Source: a virus
Taxonomy: Duplodnaviria > Caudoviricetes
IMG/VR virus record: IMGVR_UViG_3300032303_002965
Coordinates: 2,315 to 66,314 of that record
Strand: one strand, 5' to 3'
Length of the DNA stretch: 64,000 nt
Shown here in pieces: positions 17,801 to 26,300 of this stretch. How positions within the stretch are numbered: the stretch's first letter is position 1; the number at the start of each line of letters is the position of its first letter. The notes below the pieces were generated by a model. The model saw only the letters and a program-made list of their open reading frames with translations. It had not been told where the DNA came from and did no database searches. Made by a program: the position numbers and the translations under genes.

Positions 17801-20276
17801 AGGTGGAGGAGGAGGAATTCAACCAACTTATTATGGTGCAGGAGCAGGTGCAAATGTAGGATTATATGGTGGCGTGAATCCATTTGCTGCGGGTTTAGGA
17901 TTTGGAACATTTACTCAAAATCCAAATGCAATTAATCCATATCTTGTACAACCTGCTGCAGTTATTCCTGCTGCTGGAGTAATTCAACCACAACCATTAA
18001 ATGTTGGAAGTGTTAGTTTTGGAAGAGGATTTGCAAATGGAGGAATAGTTAAAGGATATAAGATGGGTGGTGGAGTTGAATTATCTCAAGCTGTTATTAA
18101 TAGTATTATGAGATCTGAAGGAAGAACTGGTATACAATCAGGAATAAGAGAATATTTTGGTTTTAGAGCTGGAACAAGACAATTTAAAGAAATTCAAATG
18201 ATGGTTAATAAATTTGGATCTGATAGTCCAGTAACAAAAGGTTTAGTTGGTCAACTTCTTACTGAAAGAGCAACTAATGCTGGTGCTTTGAATTTTAAAG
18301 ATCCTGGAGTTCAAGCAGCAGTTATGAGCATGGCTCACATGAGAGGAGAAGGCGGTGCACAAGCAATTTTAAATTCGGTAGCAGGACAATCAATTAAAGA
18401 AAGTGGTAAATTAACACAATCTACAATCAATAAAATTAATACAATGGACCCATTACTTTTTCAATCTATGTTAAGACAAAAAAGATTAGAATATGATAAA
18501 GCAATATATGGAAACAAAATAGATAGTACAGTTATTAAAGGAAGAACAGTAACAGGAAAATGGTGGGATTTGTTTGGAAAAGGTTTAACAAATAGATATG
18601 AAAGAGAACAAGAATTTTTTAGCTCATTATCTGTACCAGAATTTAAAAATTTAGCTCAAAATATAAAAGCAAGTCCTCAAATAGCTTCAAATCAAAACAA
18701 TATTGGAGTTCCAATCTCTACACTTGGTGGTTTTCTTGGACTTTCTAAAATAGCAGATCTTGGAGCTATGGGAACAGCATCAGGAATGAGACCGCTTACA
18801 TCACAGCCTGCATATATGTTTAATAGTATAAAAAATGCAGGCGCATTAAATTCTTTTGAAAAACTTATGCCAAAACAGTTGGTTAATCCTGCAGAAGCTG
18901 GACAAATATTAAAATCATATAATAGTATAGCAGGAAAAGGAGCGCAGACATTTGAACAATTAATGCCTAAACAATTAGTTGCTCCTGGTGAAGCTGCTAA
19001 TATTTTGAAATACGCACAGAGTGGAGCATTAAAACCTTCATTATTAAGTAGATCTTTAAGTGGTCTAAAAAGTTTTGGGGCAGGCATGCTTAAAGGTGCT
19101 GCTTTTGCTCCAGCAACAGAATTTTTAACTCCTCCTTCATTAGGACCAACACAAGGGACAATTCCATATGAAATAGAAATGGGATGGAGAGATCAAAGAA
19201 CTGGAGAATTAACTCCTTTAGGAAAACAAGTTCTTGGAGAAGACGCTAATACTCCTACTCTTGCATTACCAAGTAATCAAGCTCCTCAAACTGTAACTCC
19301 AGGAAGTTTATATGACCAAGTAGGTCTTGCACGTAATCCATTATCATTAAATCCTCAAATTCCAAGTTATTTAAATAGATTTGCTCCATTTTTTGGAAAT
19401 GGAGAAAATTATTTTAATTCTTTTGGAAGAACAGGTTTCAATAATTATATGAGTTATTTAGGTCTTGGAGCAGGAACATCTTTAAGTAGTTTATCATCAT
19501 TTAATTTCCCTATGACTCCTACTACTTTAGGTGCATATGCATTTTCTAATTCTCCTTTTGGTGGTAGTGCAGTCACTTATGGAACAGGAGTCGCTTCAGC
19601 ATCACCTACTTATTTTAGTGCAGGTAGTAGATTAGGAGCTACTCCAAGTTGGGCAAGTAGAGCAACTGGTGGACCTATCTTTGGTGGATCATCATATAAA
19701 GATGATGTTCCTGCTATGTTAATGGGTGGAGAATATGTAATTCGTAAAGATATTGTAGACAGAATGGGGCAACCATTTTTTGATCGTTTAAATAGAGGGC
19801 AAGTTAATGCTTTTGCTGATGGTGGTCCAGTTGGTACAGGACTTCCTTCTACTGCAAGTGAAACACAACAAAATGATGGTGGAAATAAAGCTCAATTTTC
19901 TGATTCATTTACAAAGCTAGTAAAATCTCTTGATTCTTTAAATAAAAATATTGAAGAACAAACTCAAGGAATTAAATCTCAAACAGAACAACAAAGTACG
20001 ACAACTGATAAGACTAGCTCAAATGGATTAACTAATAATATTACTATTAATGTAAATGTTGATAATAAAGGTGGAACTAGTGAAACTACTGATCAAAATA
20101 CAACAGATCAACAAGGTGGAAATGGAAACGATTCAGAAAAAGCAAGAAAGTCATTAGAACGTTCCAGAGCTTTGTCTGAATTATTAAAATCTCAAGTATT
20201 GAAAGTAATAGTAGAAGAGCAAAGACCTGGTGGAGTACTATATCAAGGCTCTAAAGGACGAGATCTTGGCCGTTAA
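11865..20276 (+). CDS. Tail tape measure protein with inserted modules (2803 aa)
   Basis: TP901-type core near the N-terminus (ELARQGL...DKLASVDAAFAVSSADLAEAL.R.G.SA...GV.FDEL...GNSLKTIFTR) and GG-box motifs (DDVPAML.GGEYV) near the C-terminus. Confidence 0.93.
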   Translation: MAQNIGEAQIGLSVDTSRMERDVSAALKRLESRGFNLGAGINAKSFTQPLGRITGAANEFQKSLDASNARVIAFGASAGAIYNVQRAFTALIGSTIDVQKSLTDINVILGASSKTLGQFSDQLFEIARNSGQAFSTVATAAGELARQGLSVEQTLKRTSDALILARLSGLDAASSVEALTASINSFNNSALDSTQIVNKLASVDAAFAVSSADLAEALKRVGSSAQDVGVNFDELLAIVASVNQTTARGGAVIGNSLKTIFTRVQRPEVLNQLESLGVAVRDLQGNTAPAIQILTGLAQKFDGLADAQKSQVAELVGGVFQINVLKAALGDLSREYSVYGNALKISTNASNEAIVRNQELNKTLAALLNRTLANLTKVGSEIGALSFQPAIEKVLGGLNTALEGFDVKGDSIGSKIGKGIFEGIGSFISGPGLALLIGVFGKIFLNLGKFTSDAIKTVLGLNREAQTQAQIQERINSILSQNPALVQNILNKQISLLQVEKDILTIIEAQAQARKQSTAIATTLTQGLISRGVTAEKGVITTTRAKSQGFIPNFNANREIMGAIAGGYMPGQVRSMNIPNYGRVTYNDAETVKQFSGLSQPGIMPPANSDAGKAYKQKFKDKYGIDPYASSGFIPNFAGERTKERYPYVAVKSTDRKALSKQFKASEEADASDGYTRATKKGNIVNSRSVDRYGALYPSFSQNVPGKAVGISGGNKYGFITYPFPGGNFDINENLYETVRQNLINISSDYFKQLITQPKIIDTTRFKTNIASNLSRSAVESSLGQVFEAGIKSSISSLSLSETANFDLNKSELSDIQQKFQLPYGGFGSTYLADLKNSLSEGNLNSMAGKISTASGEKFSAQDTIRAKKTQSLLQKEFTKKGYEKLSGAEAAYVRSGKFKSRGFIPNFSPLDKALSTEGKMGGRGVLDFKPGLGLYVRDGKTQPNFAAVMRDHPEGIGNAIKNSKIAQGLFANQGFVPNMLPIRQAVMSTYGKYVGPAGSLTQMVRPTISGTSLAGGVSDQSSAQLQRAIDKITRSFDKGSLDVDQATKQISNRLQSYTGVAGKKLAEAETSISKTLAARQEVSSKGFIGSAIGGISNLNTKFENTTFGKISKGLESKALVASFAAPIVAETIGNFIPGGQTSRGGRTVSAAASGIGDIASYASIGSLFGPIGTAVGGIVGTISAGTKVWSAFNDKTIDYTLSLDTAKQKLNDMTFAVQNINSATENLDRFQAGDFGGVKDPKTQAELIAKENEKLAEGLSKLDKSVRDQYLAFVKEGNKPEAQAILNMALGKAQQEAINRQSVLTLAQLEKDKVFKQLGQGGIQGLAAESQVKSAIEPLFKDLSLEQLKLIKETNSKDSLKTAIESALPKIPPELRDQLVQLLSNNRQLLDGVINIKEIARTINQDQKSGKPIGPQSLSDIQRILSAAVTTGKPLDLTGFNAKGILESPEITKAKQDEAIKSTTDAIMAFGLETNDTSKATQMITDYLQRATIIINDFNSGLISATEKEKRLGAIKEDILLKEQAKSLTSKDIASRKMESRNAQGIFQPVQSFMDSFGENGQTTVERLNQSFSSLAENIQTGFEDAFGAFVDGTKTADEAFQSMLLNISQQIIKEQFSIGMRSLLGGLTGGGGYGGTSDNGSGLLGGIFNSIFGGMGKAKGGIIKKYSYGGHVQGGSGVRDDVPAMLTGGEYVLRKNAVNKYGKGMLDMLNRGGMVRGYAGGGSVSSTLANQYDLYGPGGDLLMGGYTPEAFKRTITGPEQLGNVPDIKGVFNISDMLSSRAITDENNPMNQLRTEKFNELLGYQQNVSSFKTSYNESMRQVEEQRKQAQEEADRINAANQSAYNRQVTQGFIGGLLSVGLSAFGAAGGIGGLLGGTFGNAIGGAATGGAAASGGIFSAAGIGSIFQGVGERLINPIMGLFGGGGGQTTVGMNPYQQKEFQKSLTQSIQGSINNYSVTSPGLGALGAPGYGGYGFGMGGGGGGIQPTYYGAGAGANVGLYGGVNPFAAGLGFGTFTQNPNAINPYLVQPAAVIPAAGVIQPQPLNVGSVSFGRGFANGGIVKGYKMGGGVELSQAVINSIMRSEGRTGIQSGIREYFGFRAGTRQFKEIQMMVNKFGSDSPVTKGLVGQLLTERATNAGALNFKDPGVQAAVMSMAHMRGEGGAQAILNSVAGQSIKESGKLTQSTINKINTMDPLLFQSMLRQKRLEYDKAIYGNKIDSTVIKGRTVTGKWWDLFGKGLTNRYEREQEFFSSLSVPEFKNLAQNIKASPQIASNQNNIGVPISTLGGFLGLSKIADLGAMGTASGMRPLTSQPAYMFNSIKNAGALNSFEKLMPKQLVNPAEAGQILKSYNSIAGKGAQTFEQLMPKQLVAPGEAANILKYAQSGALKPSLLSRSLSGLKSFGAGMLKGAAFAPATEFLTPPSLGPTQGTIPYEIEMGWRDQRTGELTPLGKQVLGEDANTPTLALPSNQAPQTVTPGSLYDQVGLARNPLSLNPQIPSYLNRFAPFFGNGENYFNSFGRTGFNNYMSYLGLGAGTSLSSLSSFNFPMTPTTLGAYAFSNSPFGGSAVTYGTGVASASPTYFSAGSRLGATPSWASRATGGPIFGGSSYKDDVPAMLMGGEYVIRKDIVDRMGQPFFDRLNRGQVNAFADGGPVGTGLPSTASETQQNDGGNKAQFSDSFTKLVKSLDSLNKNIEEQTQGIKSQTEQQSTTTDKTSSNGLTNNITINVNVDNKGGTSETTDQNTTDQQGGNGNDSEKARKSLERSRALSELLKSQVLKVIVEEQRPGGVLYQGSKGRDLGR
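18090..18620 (+). other. GH108-like muramidase with PG-binding-3-like tail, inside the tape measure protein
   Basis: IMRSEG...AAVMSMAHMRGEGGAQAILNSVAG...GKLTQSTINKIN...RLEYDKAI...FGKGLTNR parallels the GH108 pattern (EGG...AVNSG...LQ...G.IG..T..A.N...R..FY...F.KGW.NR). Confidence 0.65.
18855..19010 (+). repeat. Two-copy repeat with a 96-bp (32-aa) period in the tape measure gene
   Basis: FEKLMPKQLVNPAEAGQILK at 18855 and FEQLMPKQLVAPGEAANILK at 18951. Confidence 0.85.
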
Positions 20277-23200
20277 TTATTGATGTTGAAATACAAAGGT
20301 TTGCTCTTTTTGATCACCACTTTTATCTATAATGACTACCCTTATAGCAAAAGTTTGTTGATTTTTAACCCATTCATTGTATTTATTAATTATATCTTGA
20401 TATAATTGGCTATTTTTATTAGAATAATTAAATGTAGGCAAATATAGTTGAATTGGATATTCTTTAACTATTTCATTGAACATATGTTGCTCAATAATAT
20501 CTGAACCAGCCCATTCATTAGAGCTAATGCTTAAATTATTAGTTTGTTTCATAAATATTAATATTTTATGAATAGTTACTTCATGTTCTGGATAAAAAGC
20601 TAAAATTAAATGTAAATATTGATCTTGACGGGTTGGTTTTTGATATGTATAAAGGTGATTTGTTAAACTATAAGATTTTGTATCAAAAAACCAACTGGTA
20701 GAACCTAAAACTTGTTTTTTTGCTTCTATAATTTTACCATAATCTAAAAATTCATTACTTTGATTTGCTATGTATCTACTTAAAATATAAAATTGATTTT
20801 TTGGTGCTCTTGAATTAATAACATCATTTTGAGATGCACAACAACTTTTCACGCAATCTGTTCCATTTGATATTTTCAATAAATCTGGTGGACATTGTTT
20901 TATAGCAACAAATTCATTTTTTGTAAGATTAGAGCATAATAAATAAAAATCACCAAAATCTGGTTCATCTTCTAAATCTTTTACTATTTTCATCTTAGTT
21001 GGATATACAATAAAAGATATCATTTTTTTAGAATCTACAATATTTTTTGCATCAATTTGTTCTCCATTTAATATAGGATCATTTTCAATTCCACAAGAAG
21101 ATATAAATTTTGCTATAAAATAGTGATAATTTATTCCATTAATTTCTTTAATTCCTTTTTCTAATATAGAATCTGTACCAGATATGCCTTGAACTATAAA
21201 GTCTTCTGCATCTGGAATATCTAAAACAAATTCAATTATTGAGTATGTATCATTTCCTTGTATACCCACACTAATTACTTTAATAGAATATATATTTTTT
21301 GATGAAAATAATTTTAAATCATTTCCAATATTTTTAAAATCTGGTGTTGATGGAGATTCTTGATCTCCAATATTTCCTGGATCATATACCCCTAAAAACG
21401 AAGGATTTGGAACATAAATACCAGTAGGAACATCTTCTGGATAATCATTTATTGGATCTAATACAGAAGATCCATATTTATAACTATCTAAACATCTATA
21501 TGTAGATCTATATTTATTATCACTAGGATATCCGCCAGTAATTAAAGCTTGAGATCTTGGAAAATAGTTAAAAAATTGTGGACCAAATGCGATGCCATCT
21601 TTATAAAAATCAAGCATTCTGGCTCCTTGATTATTTAAATTATTTTTAACATAATCACTATCTGGCCAAGAAATATAAGAATAACTTTCTGGAGTAAAGA
21701 AATAGACTATTCCTTGATAACTAGCTGCTATAGTAGATTCATAATTTTCTCTTTTTTTAATAAATTTATTTAAATATATATACTTATCTATAAGAGATGT
21801 ATTTTCTAAAAATCCAAGAATATGATTATTTGTATAAGATGATGGTACATAATTTAAATAAAAATTTAAAGCTGATGTTTCCAAACGATTTAAATAATAT
21901 AATTTAACACGAAATATATTGTCATTACATAAAATACTATTTTTATTTAAATACGTTTTTAATGTATAATTTAATCCAATTTGATTATCAGAAACAGTCA
22001 ATGAATGATTTTTACTTTGTTCTGCTAATAGAGAAGCTTGAGATAAATTATCTATAAGAATAGCAACATCTTGATATTTTTGCTGATTAGAGTCATTTAT
22101 GTTATTTGTATATTTTTCTGGAAATAAAATAATTCCATCAATTAATTCATCTTCTGGAAGTCCATTTTTAAATTCAAAAACTATTCCATTATCGCCTTCT
22201 CTATAGTAATTTTTAAATAATTCTTTTATTCTTTCTTCATTTATTTGTTTATGATTTATTTTAAATATTTTATATCCATTTTCATTTGAATAATTATTTA
22301 ATACTGAACCTCCAGTAATTAAATCGTTTATATTTCCTCCTGCAGAAGAATTTCCTAAATGATCTATTGCTTCTATAACAGTATAATAATTATTATAATA
22401 TCCGATATCATATACTGGAATATAACTTTTCATTTCTTGATTTGATATCCCAGTTCTTAAAAGCTGACCGCTTATAAATTCACCTTGACTTTGCAAATCT
22501 TGATTATAAATAAAACTTCCATCATTATATTGGCCTTCAATATATTTAATATGTTTATTACCATAAGCTAGAAAATTTTCATCATAATTTAATGATGTAT
22601 ACCTACTATTAATCGAAGGAATTTGTTCATCATTTTGATTATAAATTGTTGTTATATTTTCTGTAGGTTCAAAAATTGAAAATTCATTAACAGTTAAATG
22701 TGGACTATTTCTTAGTCTAATATCATTATCTGTTTTTCTTAATGATGTTGAATCTAAAAATAAATTATTATTATCATTATAAATAAATCTATCTACAAAA
22801 TTTATAGTTGTATCTAAATATGATTGAAAATTAAAAGTTTTTACTTCTGGCGTATATTTTCTAACTTCTTCGGAAGATTCAGCAATAAAATCATATTCCC
22901 AACCAAATATAGTTTTATCTGTAGTTAAGGATATTTCATTTCCAGTAGCATAAACCATTTTGCCAGATACGCCATCATAATAATTTATATTTTTTATATT
23001 TATTTCTTTTATGAAATTTTGTTGTTCTATTTTTCCTGTTACTAAAAGTCCTGTAGATTCATAACCCAAAGGACTTTCTGTAAAAATAGCAATTTCATAA
23101 AATCCTTCCGTTTTAGGAACATAATAATAATATTGCTCTTGTTTAGAATATGGTATACTGTTTATTAAATAATTTGTTTCATTAGAGTTAGGTCTTGTGG

Positions 23201-23351
23201 ATATTGTATATTCTTTTGCGTAAAAATTATATTTTTTAATATCGCCAGTATTTGATATAGGATTAATTTTAAATCTAAATCCCTTAATAAATTTTGTTAC
23301 ATTTATTAAATCTGATTCTATATTTGGATCTGGTGGATAAAATAATGACAT
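20277..23351 (-). CDS. Tail-tip associated protein (1024 aa), possible continuation of J
   Basis: Starts 1 nt after the J stop. FN3-like N-terminus (GFRFKINP...YYYYVPKTEGFYEIAIFTESPLGYES). Confidence 0.5.
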   Translation of the reverse strand: MSLFYPPDPNIESDLINVTKFIKGFRFKINPISNTGDIKKYNFYAKEYTISTRPNSNETNYLINSIPYSKQEQYYYYVPKTEGFYEIAIFTESPLGYESTGLLVTGKIEQQNFIKEINIKNINYYDGVSGKMVYATGNEISLTTDKTIFGWEYDFIAESSEEVRKYTPEVKTFNFQSYLDTTINFVDRFIYNDNNNLFLDSTSLRKTDNDIRLRNSPHLTVNEFSIFEPTENITTIYNQNDEQIPSINSRYTSLNYDENFLAYGNKHIKYIEGQYNDGSFIYNQDLQSQGEFISGQLLRTGISNQEMKSYIPVYDIGYYNNYYTVIEAIDHLGNSSAGGNINDLITGGSVLNNYSNENGYKIFKINHKQINEERIKELFKNYYREGDNGIVFEFKNGLPEDELIDGIILFPEKYTNNINDSNQQKYQDVAILIDNLSQASLLAEQSKNHSLTVSDNQIGLNYTLKTYLNKNSILCNDNIFRVKLYYLNRLETSALNFYLNYVPSSYTNNHILGFLENTSLIDKYIYLNKFIKKRENYESTIAASYQGIVYFFTPESYSYISWPDSDYVKNNLNNQGARMLDFYKDGIAFGPQFFNYFPRSQALITGGYPSDNKYRSTYRCLDSYKYGSSVLDPINDYPEDVPTGIYVPNPSFLGVYDPGNIGDQESPSTPDFKNIGNDLKLFSSKNIYSIKVISVGIQGNDTYSIIEFVLDIPDAEDFIVQGISGTDSILEKGIKEINGINYHYFIAKFISSCGIENDPILNGEQIDAKNIVDSKKMISFIVYPTKMKIVKDLEDEPDFGDFYLLCSNLTKNEFVAIKQCPPDLLKISNGTDCVKSCCASQNDVINSRAPKNQFYILSRYIANQSNEFLDYGKIIEAKKQVLGSTSWFFDTKSYSLTNHLYTYQKPTRQDQYLHLILAFYPEHEVTIHKILIFMKQTNNLSISSNEWAGSDIIEQHMFNEIVKEYPIQLYLPTFNYSNKNSQLYQDIINKYNEWVKNQQTFAIRVVIIDKSGDQKEQTFVFQHQ

Positions 23352-23352
23352 A

Positions 23353-26300
23353 TTAAATATTATCTGTTAATGAGAACTTATCTTCATTATATTGAAGCGC
23401 AGTTATTTTATACAAATAATCCTCTTTTTCTTCTAAATCAAGAATTCTAAATTTTTGTGTTTTATCCATATATGGTTCTAGTGATGCTCCAGGATAAATT
23501 CCAGTAGTAGAAATACCACTAACACTAGGACTATTTATATAGTTATAAAAATTTGGATCTACTTCTAATGTCCAAACTGTATTTTTTAATAAAGTATGCT
23601 GACTATCATCTAGAGGAAAACTTGATAAATTAATTCTAGTAAAACCAGAGTAATTAATTCCTGTTTCTTCTGATACAAAATCAAAGAAATTTGGACCATT
23701 TAAAGATAATCCTAAATCTCTATGCTGTACTTGACTTCTTCTTAATAGATTTTCATCAATTTGATTGACTGTTGTTGTTTGTCCATTAATATTAAGTGGT
23801 ATTGATATACCACTAGTATTTTGCATATATAGTTCTGTTGCTTTATCTCCAGAAGGCGTTCCTACTTCAATATTTCCTGCAGGAGTCAATACATTAAATT
23901 TACATCCACTAATAACGTTCTTATATCCAGTAATATTTTGATATTTTAAATCTAAAACAGCATAATTTTTATTTAAATCAAGAGCTCTTCCGCCAAGAAT
24001 TTTATTTTGTCTATTTTCATCTTGCACAAGAATAACATCTCCTGGTTTTAAGTATAAAGCAGGTAAACTCGTTTCAAATATAACAATTTCTGCTTCAAGA
24101 TTTTCTGATAATAAAGTCCATCTTCCTAATCTTTCAGCTTGACCTTCACTTGTGCATCCAAAAGCAGTCACATCCATTTCTCGTATACCAAATCTAATTA
24201 AACCTTCTCTATTTTCTATGTATTTAACCGCAGGTTTAAAAAAGTTATCTTTGTTATTATAACGAACTAAAATAACGTTTCTTCTAACTCGTTTGCTTGT
24301 ATCATTATAAGTAAATTCGCCATTTTTAATATTTGAATTATTGAATAAATAAATTGGTTCTTTTGGTTTGTCTTGAGAAGTGAATATTAATCCTGCATTA
24401 TAATAAACAATTGCTCTAAAAATACTAGCCATATCATTTATTACTTTATAAGCATCTTCTCTAGTACTAATTAGAATATTACATGTAAATCTTGGTTCTA
24501 ATCCTCCTCTACCATCGCTTACTAATTGATCACAATATTTACTAATATCATATAAAGTCCATTTATCAATAAATTTAGAATTTACATATTTTCCTAATCC
24601 AAATCTATTATTCGTTACTAAATCATAAAAACACCAAGCAGGATTATCAGTCCAGCCAATTTTAAAAGTTCCATCCCAAGTTCCAGAATATGTTTTACTA
24701 AAAGGATTATAATTACTTGGAATTTTCACTTTTAATAATCTTACATCATAATATCTTTGAGGAATAGATGTAAAATATCTTGCATCAAAAGTGCTTAAAA
24801 CAGAAGCTGTATGTGGAAATATTAAACGATCTTGATAGATTTCTGTAATAGAATCTGCACCACATTCTATCAATATATTTGCATCAACAGACTCTTCATG
24901 TAATGCTTCAATTTCTACTTCCCAACCAATAGTATTTTTATCTACAATTTTATCTAATCCTAACCATTCAAAAGTTTCTATATAACCACCTTTAAGAATT
25001 TTACCTATACAATTAATTCTCCAATAATCAAAAGTTTGACCATTTTTTTGATATGTTACGGTTTCAACAACTTGTCCTTCATTATTTGTGCCACGATTTA
25101 TTTTTTTTAATTTAAGATTAAAATATGCACCAAGTCTATCTATTCTTCCACTAGTAGCATTATTTTCTGCTGAATCAAAAGACTCCCAAATAGTTAAATC
25201 AACAATAGTTTTACTTAATGCTGAAATTTTTATATGGAATCTTAATCCATAAAGATCTTGAGTTAAAATATTAAAAGATTTTTTATATGTTCTTGATGTT
25301 CCATCTTTAAATACTCTTTTACCAAAAATCCTCTGACCGATTGTTTTTGTTAAAGTCAATAATTTTGGAATTTTTGCTTCTGAAGAAACGACAGCTCCAT
25401 CATTTGAGAATATGTAAATATTTTCTAAAGGTATTCCATTTCCAATTTTTTGAGTATTTAAATCTTCACTAATATTAATTTCTTTTAAATTTTGCGCGTG
25501 AGTGTGTTGAGGAGCTTTATCTGCATTATCAAATTTTATTTTTATGAAATCAAAATTTAAAGATCCTTTTGATCCATCGCTATATGTATCATCGGCTAAT
25601 GGTGTTTCATTCCAATATATTGATCTTATAAATGAACTTATTCCTGGATATTTATTTACTTGAACACCTTTTTTTGACCAACCAATATCTCCAATTTGTG
25701 GACATTGTTCTGGATAATCTCTTCTATTATCTTCGCTACATTGATTTGGTTTAATTTCGTAATCTGTTATTCCCTCAATTGGGCCTTCACTTAATACGTC
25801 TAATACGCTAATATTTGAAAGAGTTGTAATACCAATATCTTTAGATTCTAAAAATGTATTTGTATATCTAAATCCATATCCATTTATTGTTTTTGAAGCG
25901 CCAATTTGAGATATTAGTTTATCACAATTTCCTGGTATTGCAGAGTTAACAAGAGTATAGTTATAATATTCAGGAACATATCCAAGATATCTAGCTGTTC
26001 TTTCATCTGTAACTTCTCCACCATTATAATAACCATAACCACCCATATTATGTACAAATATTCCTTCTGCAATATAAGTATGATATTTTTCTACTTCTAA
26101 ATTATAAACAGGCTCTTCTGTATCATAAATTATATCTAAAATTTTAATTTTCTTTTTGTTAAAAGTTATTAAATGATCTCCTGCTTTTAATTTCTTTAAA
26201 GGAACATATAGATTATTATCAGTTAAAAATGGATGCTCCATATTAGAACGGATAATTTTTCCATTTTCTAATAATACTTTGTATACTTTATCTGGTATCA

